A stretch of 56,240 nt of DNA from an uncultured Candidatus Saccharibacteria bacterium (GCA_964567825.1 CAZMNX010000004.1:1-56240), one strand, 5' to 3'; positions 41,264 to 51,646 are shown, counted from the first letter of the stretch. Translations and numbers: made by a program. The notes: generated from the letters alone by a model not told the origin.

Positions 41264-41328
41264 AAAAAATATGATTTAGCCTTTCTAATCTAATCTGATT
41301 ATTCTAACATAGTGAGTATTTAAAACAA

Positions 41329-43983
41329 TTAACCAGCCTTGATAGTAACTATTCTGGATTTCATTTTTCGGCGAAAAAACATCTTCCTGATTTCTTCCAC
41401 CCAAAGAATAGACGAACCGACCAGAACGACGATTCCCCATTCAGAAAGACTCAAGGCCGTAGTCTTAAATAATCTTTGCATCATCGGATTATAGATCATA
41501 AAAAATTGTAGAGAAATGACGATGAGAGTAGCACCGCATAAAAATTTATTGGTGAAGGGATTCATTTGGAAGATCGATTTTGATTCATGTCTACAATTCC
41601 AAGCATTAAACCATTGAAAGACCGCAAGTGTGGTGAGAGTAATGGTCCAACCCTTAATCAGGCTATTTTCAAAATAAAAACTAAATAAAATTAGAGTGCC
41701 CAAAGTCATTGGAATAGCCATGAAAAACATTCGCCGGGCCATCATTTTGTCTACGATATATTTTTTCGGCCGCTCAAATTTACGCTGGAGCAAACCCTCC
41801 TCTTTTGGCTCCATGGCTAAAGATACATCAAGAAAGCCGTCGGTTACAAAGTTCAACCAAATGATTTGAGCCGGTAAAAGTGGTAAAGGAAAACCGAGCA
41901 AAAGCGCACCTGCAATAGTCATTACCTCACCCCAGCTAGTTGAAAACAAATAGAGAATAACTTTTTTTAGAGTATTGTAAATATTTCTACCCTCTTCCAC
42001 CGCTCCGATAATACTGCCGAAATTATCATCAGTGAGTACTATATCCGAAGCCTCTTTGGCCACTTCGGTTCCAATCCTGCCCATTGCTACTCCCAAATCC
42101 GCGGCGACCAACGAAGGAGCGTCGTTTACACCATCACCGGTCATCGCCACTATCTCTCCCCGAGCTCGGTAAGCCTTTATTATTCTTAATTTATGTTCCG
42201 GCGTCACCCTAGCAAATATCGACGTCTTGGCTAATTTTACGGAAAGCTCTGATTCAGAAAAATTATCAATATCTTCACCGGTTAATACAAGATCGCCAAC
42301 GTGAAAAATTCCCGCCTCTCTCGCGATCGCCTCCGCGGTCACCCGATGATCGCCGGTAATCATTACCACCCTGATGCCGGCCGAGATGGCACTTTTCATT
42401 GCTTCTGCTACTTCGGTTCGCAAGGCATCTTTTAAACCAACAAAACCAATAAAGGCTAGGTCATTTATGGCCGTCGTATTCAAAACTTGAGAAAATTTAG
42501 GCTTCACGGCCAGAGCAATAACTCGCAAACCGTCCGAAGACATTCTTTGAAAAACTTTTTCTAATTTGTTTTTTTCGGTCGTGGTCAAATTAGAAAGCTT
42601 AATGATTTCTTCTGGTGCGCCAGCCACGGTGAGTAAATTTTGCCCTTCCACTTTATGAACTGTGGCATGATATTTAAATCGATAATCAAAAGGAATTTCG
42701 GCCACTAGTGGTGACTCGCGCTCCAAATTATCTTTATGAAAACCGAGCTTCTGACCAAGCACGAGCATTGCCGCTTCGGTTGGATCTCCCGCCACTCGCC
42801 AAGCCACTTCCTCTTCCGAAAAAAAGACCCGAGCGTTGGCACAAAAAACTCCTACCTTCCCCGCAAAAACAAGATCCTGATGATTGGCCACATCAACCAC
42901 CTGCCCGTTTAATTTAATTTCTCCTTTCGGCTCATAGCCTAATCCGCCAACTTCAAAAAAATCTGGTTTTCTCTCGTGATCTTTGTGTAAATATACCCTC
43001 TGTACAACCATCTCATTTCTAGTAATTGTACCTGTCTTATCCACAGCAATAACCTGGGCCTGACCCAAGGCTTCTACCGCCTGTAATTTCTTAACCAGGG
43101 CGTGGCGTTTGGACATACGCCAAACACCAGTTGCCAGGACTAGGGTCATCACAATCGGTAAGCCTTCGGGAATAACAGAAACGGCAAGGGAAATAACCGT
43201 GCCAAACATTTCCTTAGCTGAATTTCCAACCAAGAGACCAATAATAAAAAGAATCACACTTAGACTAAACACAATAATAATAATCAGGCGCGACAAATAG
43301 CGGATATTCGTCTTAAGTGGCATTTCCGTATCAATCGTAGCAATCTCCTTGGAAATCTGTCCGATCACGGTATCAACTCCGGTTGAAGTTACGACGGCCC
43401 AGCCACTGCCCGTTAAAATATTGGTGCCTTTATAAAGTAGGCTTCCGGGGGTCTCGAAAGTTTTTTGAATTGGCTCGGATTCGCCAGTCAAAGCCGCTTC
43501 ATTTACTTTTAGATTAGTGGCCCTAATAATTCGAGCATCGGCCGACACTTTTTCCCCCTCTCGTAAAATCAAAACATCGCCTGGTACCACTTCATTATCA
43601 GGAATGACCAATTCTCTTTCCTCGCGAAGCACGGTTGCTTTGGTGTCCGTAAAATTTTTTAGAGCTAATAATGTATTCTGTGCTTTGCCTTCCTGAGCAG
43701 TACCAACGATGGCATTAAAGACAAGAACGGCTAAAATAATAACGGCATCAAGCGTTTCGCCAATAATCAAGACCACAATACAGGCGAGCAATAAAATATA
43801 AATCAATGGGCTCTGAAATTGTCTAAAAAAGATGGTCGGGTAGCCGTCGATCTTACCGGCCGGTAACCTGTTTGGGCCATAGTCCTTTAATCTTTTGGCC
43901 GCTTCTTCTCCAGTCAAGCCGCCTTGACCAGAATGAACAGCTTCAAAAGTTTCCTCTAATGTAGACTGATGAAAATCCTTCAT
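41329..43983 (-). CDS. Cation-transporting P-type ATPase (P2A-like)
   Basis: LTGES, IPEGL, DKTGT, TGD, MTGDGVNDAP. Confidence 0.95.
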   Translation of the reverse strand: MKDFHQSTLEETFEAVHSGQGGLTGEEAAKRLKDYGPNRLPAGKIDGYPTIFFRQFQSPLIYILLLACIVVLIIGETLDAVIILAVLVFNAIVGTAQEGKAQNTLLALKNFTDTKATVLREERELVIPDNEVVPGDVLILREGEKVSADARIIRATNLKVNEAALTGESEPIQKTFETPGSLLYKGTNILTGSGWAVVTSTGVDTVIGQISKEIATIDTEMPLKTNIRYLSRLIIIIVFSLSVILFIIGLLVGNSAKEMFGTVISLAVSVIPEGLPIVMTLVLATGVWRMSKRHALVKKLQAVEALGQAQVIAVDKTGTITRNEMVVQRVYLHKDHERKPDFFEVGGLGYEPKGEIKLNGQVVDVANHQDLVFAGKVGVFCANARVFFSEEEVAWRVAGDPTEAAMLVLGQKLGFHKDNLERESPLVAEIPFDYRFKYHATVHKVEGQNLLTVAGAPEEIIKLSNLTTTEKNKLEKVFQRMSSDGLRVIALAVKPKFSQVLNTTAINDLAFIGFVGLKDALRTEVAEAMKSAISAGIRVVMITGDHRVTAEAIAREAGIFHVGDLVLTGEDIDNFSESELSVKLAKTSIFARVTPEHKLRIIKAYRARGEIVAMTGDGVNDAPSLVAADLGVAMGRIGTEVAKEASDIVLTDDNFGSIIGAVEEGRNIYNTLKKVILYLFSTSWGEVMTIAGALLLGFPLPLLPAQIIWLNFVTDGFLDVSLAMEPKEEGLLQRKFERPKKYIVDKMMARRMFFMAIPMTLGTLILFSFYFENSLIKGWTITLTTLAVFQWFNAWNCRHESKSIFQMNPFTNKFLCGATLIVISLQFFMIYNPMMQRLFKTTALSLSEWGIVVLVGSSILWVEEIRKMFFRRKMKSRIVTIKAG

Positions 43984-45005
43984 TCTTCTTTTTTATAGGT
44001 CGCAATTTCGATTAAAGCCAAACAAAGACTCATCACCAATGGTCCCAACAGAAAACCTAACGGTCCAAACAAAGCCAAACCACCCAAAACTGAAAGAAAA
44101 ACCATCAAGGGGTGCATCTTCATGCCTCGACCAACCAATCTTGGTCCCAAAAGATTATCGATCAAACCAACAGCAGTCACACCCCAAATAAGCAACCCTA
44201 GACTACCAAAAGTATTACCCATAATATATAAAAAGATGACGGCCGGGATAACTACAAGCGCTGTACCAACGCCGGGAATTAAGGCGGTAATCGCCGCCAT
44301 CGTTCCCCACAAAACCGGATTCGGCACACCAAAAATAGTGCAACCAATACCGGTTAAGACACCCTGGATCAAACCGATAGATAGATTCCCTTTAACCACC
44401 GAAGATACTGCCGTACTCAATCGAGATACCACCATTTGATCGTCAACGTCTGACAAGGGGCTAAGTAAGATAAAATAATCTTTAAGCCGACTGCCGTCTT
44501 TCAATAAGAAATAGAAGGCGATCAAAAAAACAAAAAAGTTTAATATTATACCTGCCACACTTGAAAAAATTGAGCCAATATTACCGATTAAAGCTTCTAG
44601 GCCCCGTTGTAAATATTGACTAAGATTTATTTGGAAATCGCTTGAGATCGGAAAAAGTAATTGAACCTGATTAATCAGGTTTTGAATTATCGCTAAAAAG
44701 CCATTTTGGCCGCCCGCCGCCAACGTCGAATAAAGCTGACTTGATTCCTTAAAAATTTGTACCCCAAGGAAACTTAAAGGAATCATCACGATCACGGTCG
44801 TAATGATCATGGTCGCGAGAGCCGCCAAGCTAGGCCGATTACGAAATTTTTTTAATAGTCGCTTGTACCAAGGCTGAAACAAAAAAGCAAATACGGCCGC
44901 CAAAATCAACGGACTCAAAAAAGGCTTTATCACGAAATAGGCCAGCACGAGCGCCACCGCAAGAAAAATATACAAAAAATAAAGGCTGTTTTTGGTGTAT
45001 GGCAT
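43980..45005 (-). CDS. AI-2E family transporter
   Basis: IDNLLGPRLVG, GGL..FG..G.LLGP. Confidence 0.9.
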   Translation of the reverse strand: MPYTKNSLYFLYIFLAVALVLAYFVIKPFLSPLILAAVFAFLFQPWYKRLLKKFRNRPSLAALATMIITTVIVMIPLSFLGVQIFKESSQLYSTLAAGGQNGFLAIIQNLINQVQLLFPISSDFQINLSQYLQRGLEALIGNIGSIFSSVAGIILNFFVFLIAFYFLLKDGSRLKDYFILLSPLSDVDDQMVVSRLSTAVSSVVKGNLSIGLIQGVLTGIGCTIFGVPNPVLWGTMAAITALIPGVGTALVVIPAVIFLYIMGNTFGSLGLLIWGVTAVGLIDNLLGPRLVGRGMKMHPLMVFLSVLGGLALFGPLGFLLGPLVMSLCLALIEIATYKKEE

Positions 45006-45041
45006 TGCCTCAAAATTATAACATAAAATATGTTAATCTTA

Positions 45042-46220
45042 TTAAATTAATTCAATAAAACTTATCTTGCCCTTTTGTAAAACAGAGCCTGGGGTGGTCG
45101 TATACTTAACGTCAGCAATCACTACACCATTTATCTTTACCCCGCCCTGCTCAATGGTTCTTCTTGCCTCCGACTTTGAGGGAACAAGTTTACTGTCAAC
45201 TAACACAGAAATGATATCGTATTTTTCTGGCTTAAACCTTGACATCTCAGTCGGTATCTCTTTTTTACTAAAAGTACTGACGAAATATTCTTCAGCTTTT
45301 TTAGCCTCTACTTCAGAATGATAGAACTTAGCTAATTCAAAGGCCAGTTTCATTTTTATGTCCTTTGGATTGACGCCGTCATCTAACATCTTTTGATACT
45401 GCTTTATCGTATCCAAATCAACCCTAGTGGTGAGGGTAAAATATTTTATAATAAATTCATCCTTTAGGGACATTATTTTTCCATACATATCAGTTGGAGT
45501 ATCAAAGAGATTAACGACATTACCCCAACTTGAACTCATTTTCCTGCCATCTAAGCCTTCAACCAGAGGGTTTGTTATGATGTCTTGAGGTGTTTGATTA
45601 TAGTGTCTTTGCAATTCCCTGCCAGCTAAGAGATTAAACTTTTGATCAGTTCCGCCCACTTCAATATCAGCTTTTACAGCAACAGAATCATAACCCTGCA
45701 TTAACGGATATAGCAATTCCCTCAAAGAGATTCTCTTTCCGGCAGATAATCTTTTTGAAATATTTTCTCGAGAGATAAAATCGCTTAAAGAAAAAACATC
45801 GGCCTGCTTACAGAGTTCATTATAACCAAGTTTGCCGAGCCACTCACTATTGTAATGTATTTCACATTTATCAATATCGATAATCTTACTTGCCTGCTTA
45901 ATGTAACCCTCCATATTTTTTCTAACCTGATCTTCTTGTAACATGGGTCTTTCACTCTCTTTATCAGAGGTATCACCAATAACACCGGTAAAATCACCGA
46001 TAATCAAAACTATTTTATGTCCCAGTTCTTGAAAATCACGCAACTTCAACAAAGGGATACTTCTACCGATATGTATATTGGGGCTAGTTGGGTCAATACC
46101 GAGCTTCACACGAAGCTGTTTACCACCCTTCAACTTTTCGATGAGTTTTTCCTTTTCAATAACCTCTTCAACACCCCTTGTTAATAGGTCGTCGATCTGC
46201 TGCTTATCATTTTTGATCAT
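45042..46220 (-). CDS. tyrS: Tyrosine-tRNA ligase
   Basis: GIDPT..HIG, YPLMQGYD, GGTDQ, KMSSS, S4 domain. Confidence 0.97.
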   Translation of the reverse strand: MIKNDKQQIDDLLTRGVEEVIEKEKLIEKLKGGKQLRVKLGIDPTSPNIHIGRSIPLLKLRDFQELGHKIVLIIGDFTGVIGDTSDKESERPMLQEDQVRKNMEGYIKQASKIIDIDKCEIHYNSEWLGKLGYNELCKQADVFSLSDFISRENISKRLSAGKRISLRELLYPLMQGYDSVAVKADIEVGGTDQKFNLLAGRELQRHYNQTPQDIITNPLVEGLDGRKMSSSWGNVVNLFDTPTDMYGKIMSLKDEFIIKYFTLTTRVDLDTIKQYQKMLDDGVNPKDIKMKLAFELAKFYHSEVEAKKAEEYFVSTFSKKEIPTEMSRFKPEKYDIISVLVDSKLVPSKSEARRTIEQGGVKINGVVIADVKYTTTPGSVLQKGKISFIELI

Positions 46221-46286
46221 ACTATTATATTAAAGCTTTTTCACAAAAAAAGCCACAGATTGGGCAACCTGCCGCTTCCGGACCTT

Positions 46287-46302
46287 GGTATGGAGTTGGA
46301 AC
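46287..46302 (+). repeat. Junction motif copy 1 (GGTATGGAGTTGGAAC)
   Basis: Matches copies at 47190 and 48311. Confidence 0.6.
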
Positions 46303-46307
46303 TTTTC

Positions 46308-46667
46308 TTAAGGTAAAGGTTTAACCTCTATGCCGTAAATACCGTACTTCGGTATATTTTCTTTATACTCTTCAAAAGCCGTATTATAATTTTCAACCGC
46401 CTCATTAATGCTCATGCCAGACGATAAAGTATTCCTAGTTCCCTCTGCCTCAAGCATAGATCGGACATCTGGATAATGTCTTACCCCCAGAATCTCTGCT
46501 TTCATAACCTCGTAAGTAACATTATTTGTAAAAGTAAAAGTGTCGCCAGCTTTTAATTCAGCAAATGGAATATCATAGTGACTGGTTGGTACCCGTGTCT
46601 CTATTTTCTTTGTTCCAGCCTTTATTGCTTTAAACGGCCGGTCATTTAAATCTAAATTGTAATTCAT
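46308..46667 (-). CDS. ASCH domain protein
   Basis: F.AIKAGTKKIETR, GD, GIYGIEV. Confidence 0.88.
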   Translation of the reverse strand: MNYNLDLNDRPFKAIKAGTKKIETRVPTSHYDIPFAELKAGDTFTFTNNVTYEVMKAEILGVRHYPDVRSMLEAEGTRNTLSSGMSINEAVENYNTAFEEYKENIPKYGIYGIEVKPLP

Positions 46668-46721
46668 TGTATATATTTGAACCATTTTAGCATAAAATAC
46701 ATAAACCCCATAAACAAGAAT

Positions 46722-46752
46722 GCTCACGGGGAGCGTGAGCAATCCCGTGAGC
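46722..46752 (-). terminator. GC-rich hairpin after 46784 ORF
   Basis: GCTCACGGG...CCCGTGAGC. Confidence 0.55.
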
Positions 46753-46783
46753 TATTAACCCCTAACTCAGCCGCGAGCGACCA

Positions 46784-47116
46784 TCAGGTCATCCCCGGCA
46801 GATTACGGTAGCACCACTCCATGTTACGGAGCACGTCGATATGATCGAACTTGACGAGCGTTCCGGTCGGCAAGCGTGAGCCGCGCGCCGACTTGTTGCC
46901 CTTGGTTCGCAGATGGGCGAGAACCGCCCCGCCCTTGAACACTCGGACTACGTAGAGCCTGGAGCCCCGCGCCACCGTCCCCTTTTCATACCGCGTAAAG
47001 GTTCGGCTACCACTGTGAACCGGCGCCCGATTCTCCACGTAGAGCCACATGCAGCGCCGACTTACCCGCGCCACATAGCCGACTCCAGCGTCACTGCGTC
47101 TCAGACTACTTTTCAT
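46784..47116 (-). CDS. Hypothetical basic protein, GC-rich
   Basis: 110-aa ORF with upstream purine-rich RBS-like stretch and downstream hairpin. Confidence 0.5.
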   Translation of the reverse strand: MKSSLRRSDAGVGYVARVSRRCMWLYVENRAPVHSGSRTFTRYEKGTVARGSRLYVVRVFKGGAVLAHLRTKGNKSARGSRLPTGTLVKFDHIDVLRNMEWCYRNLPGMT

Positions 47117-47189
47117 CTCATGTTCCCTTCTACTTTTTTCTTACAACAAGGTATAATAATTAAAGCGTGATGTCAACTACGAGAAACCG

Positions 47190-47205
47190 GGTGTGAGGTT
47201 GGAAC
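47190..47205 (+). repeat. Junction motif copy 2 (GGTGTGAGGTTGGAAC)
   Basis: Preceded by AACTACGAG...ACCG as in copy 3. Confidence 0.6.
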
Positions 47206-47229
47206 GGCTTTGGTTCGTAATGTACAGGT

Positions 47230-48264
47230 TTAAGAGGCTTTTTTGAGATCAACCAAAAACTCTTCGACGGCTGACTCTTTAGTCGCCCATGATGTGACTA
47301 ACCTGATCACAGAATTGGCTGTATCAAATTTCGACCAGACGTAAAATCCATAATTTTCTTTCAACTTTTCAATGATGTGGTTTGGCAAAATGGGAAAAAT
47401 TTGATTTGTACTTGATTCAGTCAGAAATTTACAGCCGAAAGATTTAATGCCGTCAGTCAGTTTTTTGGCCATATCATTAGCGTGTTTGGCGTTCTCGGTG
47501 TAAAGGTCTTGCTCAAACAGTGCAACGAACTGTGTTGCAATTAATGTGCCCTTAGCGAGTAAAGCCCCTCTTTGTTTTAAGTGATATCTAAAATCTTTTT
47601 GTAGGTCTGGGTTACAAATGACAATTGCTTCACCCAGCAATGCTCCATTTTTAGTTCCACCAATGTAGAAAATATCTACCAGTGATGCAATGTCTGATAA
47701 TTCTAAATCATTCCCACTTGAAGCGATAGCTGAACCTAAACGTGCACCATCCAAGTAAAGATATAAATTATTCTCTCGACAAAAATTAGAGATATCTTTT
47801 AGCTCTAATTTTGAATAAAGTGTGCCAACTTCAGTTGATTGAGATATAAATACTACTTTAGGTTTGACCATATGTTCATCTGTATGAGCATCTAATACAA
47901 TTTTTATATCCCCACTTGTTATCTTACCGCCTTCGGTCTTAATCGTATTTATCTTGTGGCCAGTAGCTTCAATTGCCCCAGCTTCATGGACACTTATATG
48001 AGCTGTGCCGGCGGCAATCACTGATTCATAAGGCTTAAGAATCGCTCCTAAAACTACAAGATTGGCTTGTGTACCTCCGGAGACAAAGTGAACCTGGACT
48101 TTTTGATTATTTAATTTCTTTTTAATTAGATTAGAAGCCTTAAGTGAAAGTGTATCTTCACCATATCCCACTTCTTGATTAAGATTCACCTCACTCATCA
48201 ACTTTAAAATGTTTGGATGTGCACCCTCCGAATAATCGTTAAAAAATAAATATTTGTGTGGCAT
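47230..48264 (-). CDS. Low-specificity L-threonine aldolase (PLP)
   Basis: FNDYSEG, GYGED, SGGTQAN, LDGARL, GGTKNG. Confidence 0.93.
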   Translation of the reverse strand: MPHKYLFFNDYSEGAHPNILKLMSEVNLNQEVGYGEDTLSLKASNLIKKKLNNQKVQVHFVSGGTQANLVVLGAILKPYESVIAAGTAHISVHEAGAIEATGHKINTIKTEGGKITSGDIKIVLDAHTDEHMVKPKVVFISQSTEVGTLYSKLELKDISNFCRENNLYLYLDGARLGSAIASSGNDLELSDIASLVDIFYIGGTKNGALLGEAIVICNPDLQKDFRYHLKQRGALLAKGTLIATQFVALFEQDLYTENAKHANDMAKKLTDGIKSFGCKFLTESSTNQIFPILPNHIIEKLKENYGFYVWSKFDTANSVIRLVTSWATKESAVEEFLVDLKKAS

Positions 48265-48310
48265 AGAAAAAGTATAGCCTAATATGCTAAAAACTGCGAG
48301 CTGACCGTCC

Positions 48311-48326
48311 GGTATGAAGTTGGGAC
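48311..48326 (+). repeat. Junction motif copy 3 (GGTATGAAGTTGGGAC)
   Basis: Preceded by AACTGCGAG...ACCG. Confidence 0.6.
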
Positions 48327-48328
48327 TG

Positions 48329-48964
48329 TTACGACACTACGGGAACAAGCAGGTCATGATATTTTTCTACCATGAATTTAACATCCTCCGTGAACTTCCC
48401 GGGATTATCCTTTATATCTCGAGTCAGTTCACCAATAGAAAATGTTTCAACTCCAGAACTCTCTCCGTCAGCAAATCTAATCGCACCGTCGAAATAGCCA
48501 ACGTAAATATCCGTAATGTACACTTGCTCAAACTGCTTCCCATTTTTTAAAACCCGAATAGATTTGAAGTTGGGAATGTGATCAACCCTGCTAAGAACTC
48601 CGATTATCTTTAGGTCGATAGATTTGACTGCTTGTTTAAAGTCCTCCTTTGATAAAACCGAAACAGGAAAACCCAACTCTTCCGCACACTCCTTAACTAC
48701 TGTCAGCTCAGATGTGTCCCCCGCTGAGACGTGGCCTCCGACCGTCTTGTCATAAAGTCCAGAGTTTTCATCCTTCAACAAGCTTCTTTTTTGTAAATAG
48801 ATTCTCCCAGCAGAAGTCATCAAAAATACTCTTATCGTCTTCACCTTTTTAGAGACCTCTCCGGTGGTTTCGAACTCTCTTTTGGATTCAAGATAAAAAT
48901 CTTTTCTTTCCTGAGTTCCAATGAATGTTCCATCAGATTTATATACTTCTAATAATTCGCTCAT
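48329..48964 (-). CDS. NUDIX hydrolase (IDI-like)
   Basis: LQKRS..K, GGHVSAGD...KECAEELG. Confidence 0.88.
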   Translation of the reverse strand: MSELLEVYKSDGTFIGTQERKDFYLESKREFETTGEVSKKVKTIRVFLMTSAGRIYLQKRSLLKDENSGLYDKTVGGHVSAGDTSELTVVKECAEELGFPVSVLSKEDFKQAVKSIDLKIIGVLSRVDHIPNFKSIRVLKNGKQFEQVYITDIYVGYFDGAIRFADGESSGVETFSIGELTRDIKDNPGKFTEDVKFMVEKYHDLLVPVVS

Positions 48965-49000
48965 GATTTTATAGTATCATAAAAAAAGAAAAGCTGTTTG

Positions 49001-49071
49001 CTGCGGGACCTGGATTCGAACCAAGATAACCGCCTCCAGAGGGCGATGTCCTACCATTAGACGATCCCGCA
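49001..49071 (-). tRNA. tRNA-Gln(CTG)
   Basis: U1-A72 acceptor TGCGGGA, TCGCC-CTCTGGA-GGCGG, GTTCGAATC. Confidence 0.95.
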
Positions 49072-49131
49072 ATAATAGTAACAGGGTCACTATTTCAATC
49101 TAGAATACGTTAAAATAGGTTATTTTTCAAG

Positions 49132-50058
49132 CTAAATTTTCAGATAGCGGTGCACAGCTAAATAACTAGAAATGGCACCAAGAGCGATTCCCGAACCAAA
49201 AACAATTAGGAAAATCTGACCAAAGTTTTTTAGGTAAAAGTCGAAAAGATCGAGACCAACGAAAAAGTTTTTTGATAGGCTGCCAACCCAGTAAGTTAGA
49301 CCGAAGAAAATAGCCACAACAATAGCTGCCGAGACGATACCATAAAGGATACCGGAAACCACAAATGGTCCTTTAACATAGCGCCCAGAAGCGCCAACCA
49401 AACGCATAACAGAAATCTCATCTTTAGAAATAAAAATGGCCAAACGAATAGTGTTGAAGGTGATGACAATTGAAATGATCAGGAATAAAATCGCCACCCA
49501 GAAACCAACAGCATTAGCCGCCTCAATTATTTTATTTAGCTTATCAATTACTACTTTATTTTGATAATAGTTAACTTTCTCAATTATTGGATTGCTATTA
49601 CCCGACATCGAATCCCCGTTATCTAGGAACTTAGCGATACCCTCGTACTGAGAAGGTTCATTGGCCTTTATACTCAACGAAGCGGTCAAAGGGTTGTCCC
49701 CCAGCTCATTTAGGGCCTCGAGAGTTAAAGCATCATCTTTATGCCGTTCTTTAAAATTAGCTAAAGCTTGATCTTTCGAAACATAAGTAACCGACGCCAC
49801 TTCAGATATTGTTTCGATTGATTTCTTTAAACTAAGAATATCGGCTTCTTTAGCATTACTGGTGAAATAAACGTTAATATCAACTTTATCTTTTATCTCC
49901 TGTAATGAGAAATGTAAAATAGCACTCATAAAAATAAGCGAAGCAATCATAAATAAAGTAATGGTCATCACAACCAATGAGGATAAAGAAACAAAACCGT
50001 TACGCCAAAAATTGGTGAGCCCGGCGCGAAAAACTCTTTTTACTTTGGTGAAAAACAT
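49132..50058 (-). CDS. ftsX: Cell division permease FtsX
   Basis: NPL, FNTIRLAI...EISVMRLVGAS...PF. Confidence 0.95.
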   Translation of the reverse strand: MFFTKVKRVFRAGLTNFWRNGFVSLSSLVVMTITLFMIASLIFMSAILHFSLQEIKDKVDINVYFTSNAKEADILSLKKSIETISEVASVTYVSKDQALANFKERHKDDALTLEALNELGDNPLTASLSIKANEPSQYEGIAKFLDNGDSMSGNSNPIIEKVNYYQNKVVIDKLNKIIEAANAVGFWVAILFLIISIVITFNTIRLAIFISKDEISVMRLVGASGRYVKGPFVVSGILYGIVSAAIVVAIFFGLTYWVGSLSKNFFVGLDLFDFYLKNFGQIFLIVFGSGIALGAISSYLAVHRYLKI

Positions 50059-50068
50059 ATTTTATTTA

Positions 50069-50749
50069 TTATAGCACGTATCCTCCACTCTTATCATCTC
50101 GAATAATCTTACCGTTTTGCATACTAATGACCCTTTTACCCAAAGAATCTACCACGCCCCGATTGTGCGTCGTGATGATAACCGTTGTACCTAAATCATT
50201 AATTTTCTTAAGGATCTGAATAATTTCGTGAGTATTGGCCGGATCAAGATTACCCGTTGGTTCATCGGCCACAATCACTTCTGGTTGATTCACAATCGCG
50301 CGAGCAATCGCCACGCGTTGTTTTTCACCGCCAGATAGCTCGTGAGGGAAACTATAAATTTTTTGACTAATATCAACTAGTTCTAATACGTGTGGCACAT
50401 CGGCTTCGATCTCCTCATCGGTTCGGCCGGCCGCCTCCATGGCAAAAGCAATATTTTCGTAAACAGTTTTATTTGGCAATAATCTAAAATCCTGAAAAAC
50501 GGTACCGATTTTCCGTCTTAGCTCCGTCATATCCTTCCCTTTTAGCTTATGAACATCCACTGACTCATAAAAAACCTTGCCGTCGGTGGGTTTCTCTTCG
50601 GCCAAAATCATCTTGATCAAGGTAGTTTTACCCGCCCCAGAATGGCCGACGATAGAAATAAACTCCTTTGGGCCAATGGTTAAACTAATGTCTGATAGGG
50701 CAACCGAGTTATCAGAGTAAATTTTTGTGACTTTATCAAAATAAATCAT
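50069..50749 (-). CDS. ftsE: Cell division ATP-binding protein FtsE
   Basis: GHSGAGKTT, VFQDFRLL, LSGGE, ADEPTGNLD; adjacent ftsX. Confidence 0.95.
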   Translation of the reverse strand: MIYFDKVTKIYSDNSVALSDISLTIGPKEFISIVGHSGAGKTTLIKMILAEEKPTDGKVFYESVDVHKLKGKDMTELRRKIGTVFQDFRLLPNKTVYENIAFAMEAAGRTDEEIEADVPHVLELVDISQKIYSFPHELSGGEKQRVAIARAIVNQPEVIVADEPTGNLDPANTHEIIQILKKINDLGTTVIITTHNRGVVDSLGKRVISMQNGKIIRDDKSGGYVL

Positions 50750-50764
50750 TACCTGGATATTATA

Positions 50765-51643
50765 CTATAGATTCGCCTCCGCTTCCACGAAAGAATCAAG
50801 TTCGCCGGCGAGCACTTCGTCCACCTTAGCTGTTTCCACCTCAGTCCGATGATCTTTAACCATTTTATAGGGATGCAAAACGTAAGACCGAATCTGATTT
50901 CCCCACTCAATTGCCGTTGTTTTAGAAACATACAAGCCTTTTTCTTTGGCCGCCTTTTCTTCCTCTAATTTAGCGTAAAGTTTACCCTTCAAAATAACCA
51001 ATGCCTTATCTTTGTTTTGGGCCTGAGAACGCTCGCTGGTAGAACGCACAGCTAAACCCGTCGGGGTGTGGATGATACGAACAGCCGTTTCGCGTTTGTT
51101 CACGTTTTGACCACCTGGGCCACCAGCCCGAGAGAGTTCCACTCGTAAATCAGTTTCGGGAATTGGCAAATCTGAACTTTTTTCAAGCTTCGGCACAAAT
51201 TCAATTAATGAAAAAGAAGTTTGTCGCAAACTTTTGGCATTAAACGGTGAAAGACGAACCAAGCGATGGACACCGCTTTCATTTTTCATTTTTCCATAAA
51301 CTCCTTTACCAGAAACTTCAACAGTAATATTTCGATAGCCACCATGATCATTTTCATTCTCGTCTAAAACTTTATAGCCCCAACCTTGTTTGTCAAAATA
51401 GTGACAGTACATTAAAAACAACATCTTGGAAAAGTCTTCAGCATCATCGCCTCCCGCACCAGATAGAATCGTTAAAATCGCCTCACCAGCATCGTATTTT
51501 CCCACACCAGCAATTTCGGCTTTTAATTCGGCAATTTCTTTAATTATCGCCTGCGCTTTATTTTTGTCACCCCAAAAATCAGCCGAGTTCATCAAGGCTT
51601 CAAGTTCCGCTAGCTTCTTAGTTTTATCTATATTATCTGACAT
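50765..51643 (-). CDS. prfB: Peptide chain release factor 2 (N-terminally short)
   Basis: SPF motif (RLSPFN), GGQ, EWGNQIRSYV. Confidence 0.92.
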   Translation of the reverse strand: MSDNIDKTKKLAELEALMNSADFWGDKNKAQAIIKEIAELKAEIAGVGKYDAGEAILTILSGAGGDDAEDFSKMLFLMYCHYFDKQGWGYKVLDENENDHGGYRNITVEVSGKGVYGKMKNESGVHRLVRLSPFNAKSLRQTSFSLIEFVPKLEKSSDLPIPETDLRVELSRAGGPGGQNVNKRETAVRIIHTPTGLAVRSTSERSQAQNKDKALVILKGKLYAKLEEEKAAKEKGLYVSKTTAIEWGNQIRSYVLHPYKMVKDHRTEVETAKVDEVLAGELDSFVEAEANL

Positions 51644-51646
51644 ACT

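Noticed and set aside
46287-48326. Classical integron attC sites
   Set aside because: No RYYYAAC…GTTRRRY inverted structure and no IntI; reported as an unclassified junction motif instead
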